Shown: positions 50,967 through 62,186 of the stretch, in pieces
Layout of the letters: the number at the start of each line of letters is the position of its first letter
Position numbering within the stretch: the stretch's first letter is position 1
Assembly: GCA_963691875.1 (NCBI GenBank)
Contig: OY829846.1
Coordinates: 1,568,001 to 1,632,000, forward strand
Reading direction: 5' to 3'
Source: Aureliella sp.
Lineage (GTDB): Bacteria > Planctomycetota > Planctomycetia > Pirellulales > Pirellulaceae
DNA length: 64,000 bases
Made by a program: the position numbers and the translations under genes
Notes under the pieces: generated by a model
Databases searched by the model: none
Told to the model about the DNA's origin: nothing
The model's input: the letters and a program-made list of their open reading frames with translations, nothing else

Positions 50967-52522
50967 ACAGAACACACTTACTGATGGCGACCATGCTGCT
51001 GATAGCCTGTGCCGCCGTACGACCGAATATCGCGTCTGCAAAGGATGCGAGCCCCAACATTCTATTCATCATCTCAGATGACCAAGAGCGCAGGGAGTTT
51101 AACTTCTTGCCTGAAGGCCGCGACGAACAAGGCGTGCCGCGTAATCTGAGTCCGCACCTGGACCGCTTGGCATCCGAAGGCATTGTCTTCCAGAATCAAT
51201 ATGTGACCAGCCCGGTATGCACGCCGTCACGCTACACGGTCCTCACGGGAACGTATGCAAGCCGATCCATGAGTTTTGAGAAAACTGTCAAGAGCAACGG
51301 ACAGGTCAACATCACCTGGAATTGCCACATCGAGCCCGCGACACCGAATCTCGCCCGCACGTTACGTCGGGCGGGATACTTCACCGGTGCGGTTGGCAAG
51401 AACCATGTGATTAAAGTGAGAGGCGCCGGCCGAAACGAAGGTCCCACTGATGATGCAGATCCCAGGAATGCGTCGGTCGCCAAATACTATCGCGAAAAGC
51501 AACGAAAACTCGTCAAGGCCTTCAAGGACTGTGGTTTCGACTATGCGTCCAGCCTCTACCACGGCAATCTTCCCGGACATACCTGCAAGGCACTGGAATT
51601 CCACAACATGGATTGGATCACCGGTGGGGCCTTGAATTTCCTGGATCAATGGAGCCAAAAGGACCAGCCATTCTTTCTTTACATGGCGACAACGCTGAAC
51701 CATGGTCCGGGGCCGCGTTACAAGAAGTACACCGGCGATCCGCTGGCCACGCCTGCAGGATTGTTGGACAGGCCGCTCACCGTTCAGCCGGCGCGCGAAA
51801 CGATCCCTCATCGAGTCCAGCAGGCTGGCTTATCGGCACAACCTACGGCGTGCGATGTTCTTTGGCTCGATGACGGCATTGGCGCCGTGCTCAATAAGCT
51901 GCGCTCGCTCGACGCTCTCGAAAACACGATTGTCTTCTTCTTCGATGACCACGGTGTAGAGAGCGGAAAGGGTTCTCTCTATGAAGGCGGTATCAAGTCG
52001 GTGAGCTTTGTTTGGTCACCCAAATACATCCGGGGCGGTCATCAGTCACAAGTCAGCATTTCCAATATCGACTTCGCACCAACCATCATGGACCTTTGTG
52101 GTGTCCGTCGGGAAGAGCGACACGCGGTCGACGGCAAAAGTTTTGCGTCGGTGCTCAAGGGCAGTAACGACGAAATCCATGACCAACTGTTTTTCGAGAT
52201 CGGTGCCACGCGAGCAGTGATCAAAGATGGCTGGAAATACCTCGCTTTTCGCCTGCCCAACACAATTTCAGCTGATCCAACAAAGCCTTACACACACTTG
52301 GCCGATCGGCCGGGCGGGCGCGGTTCAGAGGGGCCCGCCAAAGATTTCTATCCGAATTATTACGACCGAGATCAGCTATACGACATCAGGGCAGACCCGC
52401 TCGAACAAAACAATCTTTTCAACGACAAGACGCAACAAATACGAGTTCACAAAATGCAGCAGTTGCTTCGCGAAGCGGTTGCCAAAGTGCCGGGCTCGTT
52501 TGCCGAGTTTACAGACGATTAG
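50957..52522 (+). CDS. Sulfatase (S1)
   Basis: PNILFIISDD, CTPSR, GKNH and DDHG; signal peptide. Confidence 0.92.
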   Translation: MAVNRTHLLMATMLLIACAAVRPNIASAKDASPNILFIISDDQERREFNFLPEGRDEQGVPRNLSPHLDRLASEGIVFQNQYVTSPVCTPSRYTVLTGTYASRSMSFEKTVKSNGQVNITWNCHIEPATPNLARTLRRAGYFTGAVGKNHVIKVRGAGRNEGPTDDADPRNASVAKYYREKQRKLVKAFKDCGFDYASSLYHGNLPGHTCKALEFHNMDWITGGALNFLDQWSQKDQPFFLYMATTLNHGPGPRYKKYTGDPLATPAGLLDRPLTVQPARETIPHRVQQAGLSAQPTACDVLWLDDGIGAVLNKLRSLDALENTIVFFFDDHGVESGKGSLYEGGIKSVSFVWSPKYIRGGHQSQVSISNIDFAPTIMDLCGVRREERHAVDGKSFASVLKGSNDEIHDQLFFEIGATRAVIKDGWKYLAFRLPNTISADPTKPYTHLADRPGGRGSEGPAKDFYPNYYDRDQLYDIRADPLEQNNLFNDKTQQIRVHKMQQLLREAVAKVPGSFAEFTDD

Positions 52523-52573
52523 TCGTCACGGAACATTACCAACCACTCATAACTTTTACGTCCGAATTACAAC

Positions 52574-54100
52574 ATGCAACGAACGCATTTTCAATTCTTG
52601 CTAGCCTTTTGTGTTGGTTTGTTCGCAACGAACGTAACCGCGCAAGACCGTTACGAGCCTACCTGGGAATCATTGTCGACGAATGCTCTTCCGGAATGGG
52701 TCAAAGATGCCAAGTTCGGTGTCTACACCCACTGGGGTATTTACTCCGTTCCTGCCCATGGTGGCCCGGATTATGTTCGTAACCTGTACGAGGGCGCGAA
52801 AAAGGACGCTAAGGGTGTCTTCTCCTATCACACAAAAGTACGGAGCGCTGCAGAAGTTCGGCTACAAAGACTTCATTCCGATGTTCACGGCACCAAAGTT
52901 CAACGCGGATGAGTGGGTTGGACTGATGCATGAAGCCGGCGCGAAGTTCGGCGGCATTTGCTTGATTCATCATGACGGGTTTGCTTTATGGGACAGCAAG
53001 GTGAACCGTTGGAACTCGGCCACGATGGGCCCCAAACGTGATATCTACGGTGAAATCGCGGCAGCCGTCCGAAAGCACGACGACATGAAACTGCTTGCCA
53101 CGTTCCATCATGGACGCAGCTTCGGCTACACAACCGGCGCGATGAAGGACAAGGACATTACCGAGCAGATGCGAAAGAGTGGGATGTCTTTGATCCAACT
53201 TACAAAGAACTCTACTGGAATCAGTGGACCGGAACGACAGAAGAGTTCACGGATCAATGGAGAGAAAAGGTCACGGAAGTCGTTGATACGTACCAACCCG
53301 ACATGATCTGGTTCGATGGTTTGCGAACCTCCATGCGACACGACCACCCGCCCGAATCGGTCGTTCTTGACGTGATTTCCCACTATTACAACCAAGCCGA
53401 CGCCGCGGATCAGCAGGTGACGGTGTGCAACAAGCATGGCGGCGATTTCAACTTCCCAGAGCCGTTCGGGCTAAAGTGCTACGAGAATGGGCGAGACATG
53501 CCGACTGGCGTCGGCCCCTGGTTTCTGATCGACCGCGCGATCGCGTATCCCTGGAGCTACGTCAACAACAAGAGGTACAAAGACGGTCCCGACTATCACG
53601 TTCGCAGCATCGTCGACGTGGTCAGTCGCGGCGGCATCTTTCTCCTGTCGCTAACGCCCATGGGGGATGGTTCCATTGCTAGGCGAGAACAGGAAATCAT
53701 GCGTGGTATCGGTCGTTGGATGAAAGTCAACGGCGAAGCCATTTATGGGACGCGGCCTTGGAAGATTAATGCGGAAGGTCCTACCGTCACCCGTGGACTC
53801 AAACGCAACAACAAGGGTGAAGAAAAAGAACAATGGGATTGGCGAAAGAACTTCACGTCGCAGGACATTCGCTTCACGACGAAGGATGATGCGCTCTATG
53901 CCATTGCATTGGATTGGCCCGAGAATGGCAAGCTGTCCGTTCGCTCGCTTACCAAGGAAGAACTTGCCATCGAATCGGTCAGCCTGCTCGGACACGACGG
54001 TTCACTCGCCTGGAGTCAGACCGACGATGGACTCGAGGTGAAAATGCCATCCGAGCCCCCGTGCGGATATGCTTACGCACTGAAGATCAATGCCGAATGA
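52574..54100 (+). pseudogene. Alpha-L-fucosidase (GH29), split by two frameshifts (pseudogene or assembly error)
   Basis: YEPTWESL, DAKFG..HWGIYSVPA, HHDGFALWDS, IWFDG and NGEAIYGTRPW; shifts in A-runs near 52835 and 53175. Confidence 0.88.
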
Positions 54101-54154
54101 TCTGCGAAATCTTCAGTTGCGAGGTCTTTCATTGAACAACAGAGGCATTTTCAG

Positions 54155-55764
54155 TTGATGCATCACCAGACTTTTACTTCAATCCTTACCTGGGTCGCGT
54201 TCTCAGCGATCAATGGCTGGGCGGTAGGCAATGATCGCCCGAACATCGTCCTGCTGCTGACCGACGACCAAAGCTATAACTCGCTGGGATATGCCGGTAA
54301 CACCCAAGTCAAAACGCCAAACCTGGATCGCCTTGCGTCAGAAGGCCTGATCTTCGATGCGGCCTATGACTCCACGTCGATCTGCATGGCCAGTCGCGCG
54401 CAGGTGATGACAGGTATGTACGAATACAAGACAGGCTGCAACTTCAGCCACGGTCCGCTGCACCGCAAAAACTGGCAGAAGTCGTACCCAGTCTTGTTAC
54501 GCGAAGCAGGATACTTCACCGGATTCGTTGGGAAGTTCGGCTTCGCCGTCAAAGGCGAGGACGGCGATTCAAGCTATCACCACAACGATGACCTTCCGAT
54601 GGATTCGTTTGATTACTGGTGCGGTTGGCCGGGACAGGGCAGTTATCGAACGAAGGAAAACGAGTTCTTCCTGCAGTACGCTGATAAGCATCCACATGTG
54701 ACTCAAGCAGTGGGCGCTGCGTCTTCGGACTTTATCAAGGCTGCAAAAAACGAAAATCTACCATTCTGTCTTTCGGTCAGTTTCAAAGCCCCCACGGCCC
54801 GATGTCTCCTGATACAGCTTTCGATGAGCTGTATGCCGACACGACATGGGCCACGCCGCCGAACTACGACCAGAAGGGAGCGGCCCATGTACCCGAGCAA
54901 GCCAAGAGTGGCCGCCAATATTTGACCATCAACGACTTCGAGCGGGACCGCTTCCAGAACACGATGCGCAAATATCAACAATTGGTCTACGGGATCGACG
55001 TGGCGGTGGGCAAGATTCGTGAGGAGCTTGTCCGTCAGGGTGTGGCCGACAACACCGTGATCCTGTTCTTGAGTGACAATGGATACAACTGCGGTTCACA
55101 TGGCTTCGGAGGAAAGGTGTTGCCTTATGAAGAGGGCAGTCGCTCGCCGATGGTGATCTACGATCCACGACATCCGGTTTCCGGTCAAGGCAGCCGTTGC
55201 AACGCTGTTGTCGGCAATATCGACATTGCGCCGACTATCCTCGATTTAGCCGGTCTCCCAGTCCCTGAAGGCATGGATGGCAGAAGCCTGCGGCCGCTGC
55301 TGGACACTCCGGCCGGCCGTGTTCGGGAATTCATGCTGTTGATCAATGCATGGGGCAATGCACCAACCCATGAACTAACTGTCGTCACCGAGGAATACAA
55401 GTACATTCACTGGCCCTATGCGCACGAGATGGAACCCAAAGAGGAACTCTACCATCTCACGACAGACCGTTACGAAATGAACAACTTAGTGAATGATTCT
55501 GGTCACCAAGCAGCGCTGAGTAAGTTGCAACAGCACTACGACCAAGCCTTGGTCGTTTGGAAGAATGAATGCGTTCCAGGAGGAAACTATCCCCTGTTTG
55601 CAAAGATTTACGACCGCCATATTTCTTGGGATGCCAAGTTGGCGGCCATGGACAACCGGATGAGAAGAAAGTACCTCCAGTGGCGCAGCGATTCTGGCGA
55701 CAAGCCGAAGAAAGAAAAGAAAACCAATCGAGAGAGGAAGCCTAAGAGGGGCGAGAGGAAATGA
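54155..55764 (+). pseudogene. Sulfatase (S1), one frameshift near 54790 (pseudogene or assembly error)
   Basis: RPNIVLLLTDD and CMASR. Adding one C to the C5 run restores FKAPHGP. Confidence 0.88.
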
Positions 55765-57194
55765 AGCTTGTGAGGCGAATAGCGATTGGTTTGCTAATTT
55801 CGATGAACTGCGTTGCGTGCCTTGGAGACGAACGTCCCAACATCATTCTGATGATGGCCGACGACTTGGGTTATGGCGACACGGGGTTTAACGGCAACAG
55901 CATTATCAAGACGCCGCATCTGGACCAGATGGCCAAGGACGGCGTCAAATTACAACACTTCTACGCGGGCGGCCCGGTATGTTCTCCAACGCGCGGCACA
56001 TTCCTTACCGGGCGGCATTATTACCGCTACGGAATCTGGTCAGCCAATGTGGGGCACTTGCCAAAGCAGGAAATCACACTTGCTCGTATGCTTAAAAGCA
56101 AGGAGTATACCACGGGGCACTTCGGCAAGTGGCATGTAGGAACGCTCAGCAAAACTCACTCCACGAAAGGACCGAGTCGCAAGCCTGCCGAAAACTTCGC
56201 GCCACCTTGGGAACGTGACTATGACCGGTCTTTCGTTGTCGAATCCTCGGTCTCGACTTGGGACCCTGGCAGCGACAAGAATCCGTTCTACGACGATGGC
56301 GTGCCAATGGCCGGTAACGACCCAAGCCTGCTGGGTGGCGCGGCCCGCGTGGTAGTGGATCGAGCGGTTCCGTTTATGGAGCAAGCCACGAAAAACGACA
56401 CGCCATTTCTGGCAGTAATCTGGTTCAACGCGCCGCACGAACCAATCAAGGCCGGGCCAGAATACCTGGCGATGTACGAAGGCCACGGCGAATCATCACA
56501 CTACTACGGCTGCATCACTGAGATGGACGAGCAAGTCGGACGAATTCGGAAATGCCTTCGAGATTGGGGCGTCGCCGACAATACCCTGCTCTGTTTCTGC
56601 TCCGACAATGGACCTGAAGGGAAAGGGCCAGGAGGAAGAAAGGCTGGTGTGACCGCGGGACTACGTGGCCGAAAACGCAGCCTGTACGACGGCGGAGTGC
56701 GGGTACCGGCGCTGGCAGAATGGCCAGGACGAATCAGCCCGGGCTCAGTAAGTGACGTGCCGTGCTCCACGCTGGACTATTTTCCGATGATTGCAAACCT
56801 GACGGGGTTCCAAATGCCCGACGATCGTCCCATCGACGGACAGGATCTGATACCGATACTTACCGGTCAAGTCAAGAAACGCGATAAGCCAATTCCGTTT
56901 CGAGCGCGAAACAACGCCACCCTTGTGAAAGAACGGTACAAGCTGGTGCTACCCAAAGGCGAGCTCTATAACTTAGCGCAGGACTGGGGCGAAGAAAGTA
57001 ATATTTCCTCCGACCATCCACAGCGCGTGGAATCCATGACCAGAGAGTTGATGGCGTACCTCAACAGCATGCAAAAGAGTCATGCTGGGCAAGACTATAG
57101 TGACACCTCGTTCCAGCCACATGATAGCTGGCAGCCCTTTCGAGCAAAGCAGCAACCGGCAAAGCCAAGTTCCGAGCTGCCCCAATACGAATAA
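55761..57194 (+). CDS. Sulfatase (S1; N-acetylgalactosamine-6-sulfatase-like)
   Basis: MADDLGYGD, CSPTR, GKWH, SDNG and LRGRKRSLYDGG. Confidence 0.92.
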   Translation: MKLVRRIAIGLLISMNCVACLGDERPNIILMMADDLGYGDTGFNGNSIIKTPHLDQMAKDGVKLQHFYAGGPVCSPTRGTFLTGRHYYRYGIWSANVGHLPKQEITLARMLKSKEYTTGHFGKWHVGTLSKTHSTKGPSRKPAENFAPPWERDYDRSFVVESSVSTWDPGSDKNPFYDDGVPMAGNDPSLLGGAARVVVDRAVPFMEQATKNDTPFLAVIWFNAPHEPIKAGPEYLAMYEGHGESSHYYGCITEMDEQVGRIRKCLRDWGVADNTLLCFCSDNGPEGKGPGGRKAGVTAGLRGRKRSLYDGGVRVPALAEWPGRISPGSVSDVPCSTLDYFPMIANLTGFQMPDDRPIDGQDLIPILTGQVKKRDKPIPFRARNNATLVKERYKLVLPKGELYNLAQDWGEESNISSDHPQRVESMTRELMAYLNSMQKSHAGQDYSDTSFQPHDSWQPFRAKQQPAKPSSELPQYE

Positions 57195-57399
57195 CAGCGT
57201 GTGAGTTATCTACCGCGTTGCTCGCCGTTCTGTAGGATTGACGCAATACTTCTTGAAGTCGGCCATTGCCAGTAATCCGGCCAATTTCAGTGACGAGTCA
57301 GTGATCTAGTTGGCAACTTTTGGGGCAACGCGACCACAATTTCGAAACAAAAACTAAATCGCAGCAAGTTGCAAGCACAGAGGGACTTACGACGCGTTT

Positions 57400-57642
57400 T
57401 CACCACGCATGAACCACTGGAGCATTCCAGAAACGAATGTCGAAGACTTTGCCAAAGCGAAAGGTCGGCGATCCTTTCATCCGTTGCGTCGTTCGCAATA
57501 GCCGCTGTAACCAAGGAGCTGGAATGTCCTTCGACCATGGAGCAATACCAAACTTAACAGCAACGCGAACCACATCGTTCAGTCGATTCGCGTTACGGAT
57601 TAAGTGGGGTAAACGTCCCAATCCCACAATCTGGCGCTTCAA
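57400..57642 (-). pseudogene. N-terminal fragment resembling ABC1/AarF/UbiB kinases
   Basis: LPHLIRNANRLNDVVRVAVKFGIAPW resembles the ABC1 N-terminus; no kinase domain follows. Confidence 0.45.
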
Positions 57643-58022
57643 TGACTAGCCCTGCCGCACAAATCAAACCGGCTGAACATTTGCCGTTGCTCGCGACCAG
57701 CGTAGACCAGCCAGGATGGGAAGCAGGACTCATCGCTCGACGATGCTTTCTCTGACTGGATTGAAATGGTTGATCGTGTCTACTGCTAGAGTGAGTGTGG
57801 CAGTCAGTCGTCATCGATCCAGAAACCCCAGCGACTTCACGCAGAAAGGAGGGGAGCCGCCACCGAAATGCGCCGCCCCCACCGTGTTCCATGTGCGGCC
57901 AGTCCATCCAACTGTGAGAAGGCTTCTTTTGCATGGATTGAAGCTCCAAGCAATTGTGTGGATAATCTGGACGCGATGTCGTTCAGAAACCACGCAGCAC
58001 GCCATTTAGCGGACCATTCGCA

Positions 58023-58901
58023 ATGAAAAGCTCCATGTATTCACTGACTCTATTTTGTGCTGCGACGTTGCTGGCGACCGGCTGCGGACCCAACGCGGAT
58101 AAACCTGTCGGCCAGACCCTCAACAACGGTCAACAAGCAGACGCGGCCTCGCGGGGGGAGAAAAATGATGCTGCCCCAACAGCAAAAGAGCATCACTACT
58201 TTCACAAAACCGAAAAGCCGCATGCCGCAGAATGGACCTATACTGGCGAGACCGGACCCTCGCACTCGGGTGACCTCAGTCCCAAGTATGTGTTAGCAAA
58301 GGATGGCAAGCAGCAGTCGCCGATTGACTTGGTCAATCCCAAGGATGAGGAGTTACCTCAGTTGGAGCTCAACTACAGGCCGTCCAAAATTGATCTAGTC
58401 TACAACGGTCATACGATTGAAGAGACCGAAGAAGCGGGGAGCACTCTGAGGGTTGATGGAAAGTCCTTTGCGCTAAAACAGTTCCATTTTCATGCCCCCA
58501 GCGAACACACCATTGATGGCAAGCACGCCGCGATGGAGATGCATTTAGTCCATCTGGATGAAGCCGGCCGGATAGCGGTTGTTGGAGTAATGATCGAAGA
58601 GGGCGCGGAAAACCAGGCAATAAATCCGGTCTGGGATTATCTGCCCACCGAAGTGAACAAGAAGGTCGAGTTCGGAGCAACCGTTGACGCATCCGCATTG
58701 CTTCCCGAAAAGCTCGGTTATTTTCACTACATGGGTTCGCTGACTACCCCTCCCTGCTCTCAGGAGGTGAAATGGTATGTGCTTGCCGAGCCTATCGAAC
58801 TGTCCGCACAACAAATCGAAAAGTTCACAGCGATCATCAATCACAATAACCGACCTGTTCAACCACTAAACGGTCGCACGATTGTCCGCTCTGCAAGGTA
58901 A
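58023..58901 (+). CDS. Alpha-class carbonic anhydrase, lipoprotein
   Basis: Lipobox ATGC, QSPIDL, QFHFH, SEH, EMHLVH, GSLTTPPC and NNRPVQ. Confidence 0.93.
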   Translation: MKSSMYSLTLFCAATLLATGCGPNADKPVGQTLNNGQQADAASRGEKNDAAPTAKEHHYFHKTEKPHAAEWTYTGETGPSHSGDLSPKYVLAKDGKQQSPIDLVNPKDEELPQLELNYRPSKIDLVYNGHTIEETEEAGSTLRVDGKSFALKQFHFHAPSEHTIDGKHAAMEMHLVHLDEAGRIAVVGVMIEEGAENQAINPVWDYLPTEVNKKVEFGATVDASALLPEKLGYFHYMGSLTTPPCSQEVKWYVLAEPIELSAQQIEKFTAIINHNNRPVQPLNGRTIVRSAR

Positions 58902-58991
58902 CCAATACGCCAGGGCTCTTGCGAAACGAATCCGGCGCATTTGGTTACAAAGTCGTCCGTACTTTCGTCACGCGGCGATGTGCTGTCAGAG

Positions 58992-60329
58992 TTAGTAGAC
59001 CAGTTGAGCTCGCGCGATGTAGAAGTGGGACATGGTGTCGATTGGGCCAGGGTCGTGCATCGCGTTGACGTAGTTGAACTGAAATTTTAGCTGTGGATTC
59101 AGGTAGCAGTTTAGTCCTGCCGTGAGAGTCGTCAGTTCTCCTCCGTTGATCGCTCCGTCATTGAGGTCGACCCACGACCAGCGAGCGGCCATTTCCCATG
59201 CACCGAGCCCTCCGCAATCCAACGCGTGATGAGGGTTGGGGCGTCCGAACGTTCCCGATTTTCGATCATAGGGTCTGGCTTCTCCCGTGAGCGAATAGCC
59301 TACTTGGCTGTAGGCTCCGTGGAAGTAGGAGTTGCCCCCACCGATCTAGTCCACGATCGTCACGAACAGCTCGGACTGACCGTGGAGTCGACCATTTTGA
59401 AAAGCTCCTTCGACGCCAAACTGATTCACGTTCTCTGCGGTGATGATTCCTGTGTCCACAAAGTTCGGAATCCGGCCGACTCCCTCCTCTGCCAGAAATG
59501 CCTCGGGGATGGCACCAAAGCGGACGGTATCATCGGGGGGAGCGATCAGAGCATAGTCAAACCCAACGTGGAGAAGCTGTGCGGTGGACTCGCAGTCATA
59601 GGGCAGGAATGTGAGTCGACCTGCAAGGCCCCAGCCACCATCATCGCCAACGCTCGCCCCGATGCCATCGGATTCCGCGCGGAACCCAGATAGGAACCAA
59701 GTGCCTGCATCTTCGTCCATCGTCCCGAATGCACCGATACCCGTCTGTCGGAAGGGGTAGAATCCGAAGGTGTTTGCGTACTCAATGAACGCTAGGTCAG
59801 TCACACCCGACATCGCTTCCATCCCGAAAGGTTGACGAAAGCGACCAATTCGCACGTTCCCCCAGTCCCGCTTCATCTGCATCCAGACATCGGTGAACAC
59901 AACTCGATTCAGGGATGCGAAATCGACCTGGAGATTGTAGGACGTGGCACACCAGGCCTGTCCTTTGACACCGATACGTGCTCTTCGAAAATCGCTGCCA
60001 TCCTGCAGATCACCGACAGCGGCCCTGCTGGCTGCATCCTGAGTGATGTAGCCCACGTCTGTCTGAAAGAAACCGCCAACACCAACCGTCGGGAACTTTC
60101 GTTTCGGCAGCGGGCTGGAATGAGCTCGATGTTGCTGTTGATGTGTGAGTTCATCGATGCAAGCACGCAACTCTGCGAGTTCCGCATAGACGTCGGGATG
60201 CGACGCATTCTCCTAAGGAGACTGTACCATCGCTTCCGGTACGGCCACCGGATCCTGTCCAGCTGAAGTAGAACAAATCAAAAAAGACATCAAGACCCAA
60301 AGGAGATTGCAACGCGTATAAAAAGCCAT
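58992..60329 (-). pseudogene. OprO/OprP phosphate-selective porin family, two in-frame TAGs and no frameshift
   Basis: Signal peptide, FRRARIG, GRFRQPFGME, LTGEARPY, GAWEMAARWS and terminal Y; TAGs at 60213-60215 and 59346-59348. Confidence 0.85.
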
Positions 60330-60614
60330 CGATTCAAACCTCCATGTCGGATCGGTGAGCTAATCTAACTCCGCGGATCGTCCGCACGATGATCGTTGCA
60401 CCCCTGAATAACGTTGCGACATGCCTATTCGGAAAAAATGGCTGCGGGCTGTAGGGATTGGAGAACCTTCACGCTCCGTCAGCTTCAGCTTCAGAATCAT
60501 GGCGGCAGAAAACGCCGCAACTTTCGATGTTTGACAGGCAAGTTTCCCAGCTTGAGCGGGAGTCCCTTGTTCAGCCCGGTAGAGGTGAAGGACTTGAGCC
60601 TTTTACCTTTTTTG

Positions 60615-61145
60615 TGCGGCCTACGTGCTTGATGTAGTTGTAGCATTCTTGTGAATCGAACCTGTCGATCGGTGTTCCGATTTGGGCCCAGAGTCCTTCA
60701 ACGGCGTGTTTGCCACCGGAACGGATGAGCGCTTGATTTGGCGAACATCTGCTCGATCCGACTGGGGGCAGGCAAGTATCAGACTCGCGCACCGACGCTT
60801 TCGAAAGTTACTTTAAAGCACACGACTTTGTGGCTGTTGAGGTTATCCATCACGACGATGTTGCCTGTTGAGTATTTGATCAGGTGCTGCGCAGCCCAAC
60901 AGTCGTAGATCTCACCTTTGATGGAACCGTCAACCACCTCAGGAGTAATTGGGCCGTCGCATCGAAATCCACAAAGCAGTGTCCCTCTTTGCCAATTAAC
61001 GTGAGGAACACTCTCGACAAGTCGAGTTCCACTCAGCGACCATCCCCAGCCACATGTCATGTTCGTGTTGGCCCAGGTTTCATCAAGGAATGCAAATCGG
61101 GAAGTATTCAAGCTGATGGGACTACTGGCGAAGTTGGACCTGCCG
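60615..61145 (-). mobile_element. IS630-family transposase remnant
   Basis: FLDETWANTNM, VVMDNLNSHK, GARV*YLP and ECYNYIKHVG; truncated and degenerate. Confidence 0.8.
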
Positions 61146-61172
61146 AGACAACTTTTGCTGAAACGAAAATCA

Positions 61173-62186
61173 TCATTTGATCACCGGTTCTAGGATGATG
61201 TTGCGGTACTTCACGTTGGTATGATCGCCTTGCAGGTAGATCGGTCCAGGAGCGGATGGATCGGTGTAGATGGCGCCAGCAGTTGGTCCGATAATAGGCT
61301 GATTGTCAATGACCGCTTCGCCGTTGAGAACAACGGTAATGTGGCGGTCGACGAGAGTCAGGTCGTATGTTTGCCACCGACCGCCTGATTTGCCTGCATT
61401 CTTCGACGGAGCGATGCGTCCAAAGATCGCACCCACGCCTTGAATTCCTTGCATGCGACTATCGCGGTCGACAACCTGAGCCTCATACATCCCGCGCAGA
61501 TAGATACCACTGTTGCGTTGTTTTTCGACAAGAAACTCGATGTGCAGGCGAAAGTCTTTGAACTCAGCGATGGTCCTCAGGTTTGCATGGTCGCCGGTCG
61601 CGCTAAAGTCGGTCTTGGGTGTCGTGTTGACGAGCAAGCCATCCCTGACACTCCAGCCATTCTTTTTGTCCTTTTCGTGAGGCCGCCAACCGGTTAAGTC
61701 TTTTCCATTGAACAGCTCGACCCTTTTTCCAAACTCAATTTTCGACAGATCAGGCGGCGAAGTCGGTATTGGTGGAATCCGCTTACCAGTGAATGTCACC
61801 GTTTTTCCAATGGTACCATCGGCGGAGATGTAATCTATTTTGCCGTCTAGCTTCCCCTCACGCAGTCCAACACCCACCTCGCGTTTGGTGACAACCTTGC
61901 TGTTTTTTTTTGTTCGAACCGACTTGATTGGGAAATAAATTCGTCCATTGGCAATCTTCGTCACTTCAAAGGGACCGTCCGAGCCAATGTAGACTCGCAT
62001 ACGAATGACCGGCTTTCCGGCCGCCTGAGAAATACTCATCCAAGCCGGCTCATTTGATTCCAGCTCAAGAGACCAGTCTCCCATCAGTTCTTTCGGAATG
62101 CGATCCTCTGCAGCCAGATTTCTACTCGTCAGAAGAACTAAAACCAGAAGAAGCCCCAGCCTTGAATTCTTTGTAACGTTGTTCAT
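61173..62186 (-). CDS. DUF1080 (3-keto-disaccharide hydrolase) domain protein
   Basis: LFNGKDLTGW, NSGIYLRG.YEAQV and GPIYLQGDH..VKYRNI; signal peptide. Confidence 0.9.
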   Translation of the reverse strand: MNNVTKNSRLGLLLVLVLLTSRNLAAEDRIPKELMGDWSLELESNEPAWMSISQAAGKPVIRMRVYIGSDGPFEVTKIANGRIYFPIKSVRTKKNSKVVTKREVGVGLREGKLDGKIDYISADGTIGKTVTFTGKRIPPIPTSPPDLSKIEFGKRVELFNGKDLTGWRPHEKDKKNGWSVRDGLLVNTTPKTDFSATGDHANLRTIAEFKDFRLHIEFLVEKQRNSGIYLRGMYEAQVVDRDSRMQGIQGVGAIFGRIAPSKNAGKSGGRWQTYDLTLVDRHITVVLNGEAVIDNQPIIGPTAGAIYTDPSAPGPIYLQGDHTNVKYRNIILEPVIK

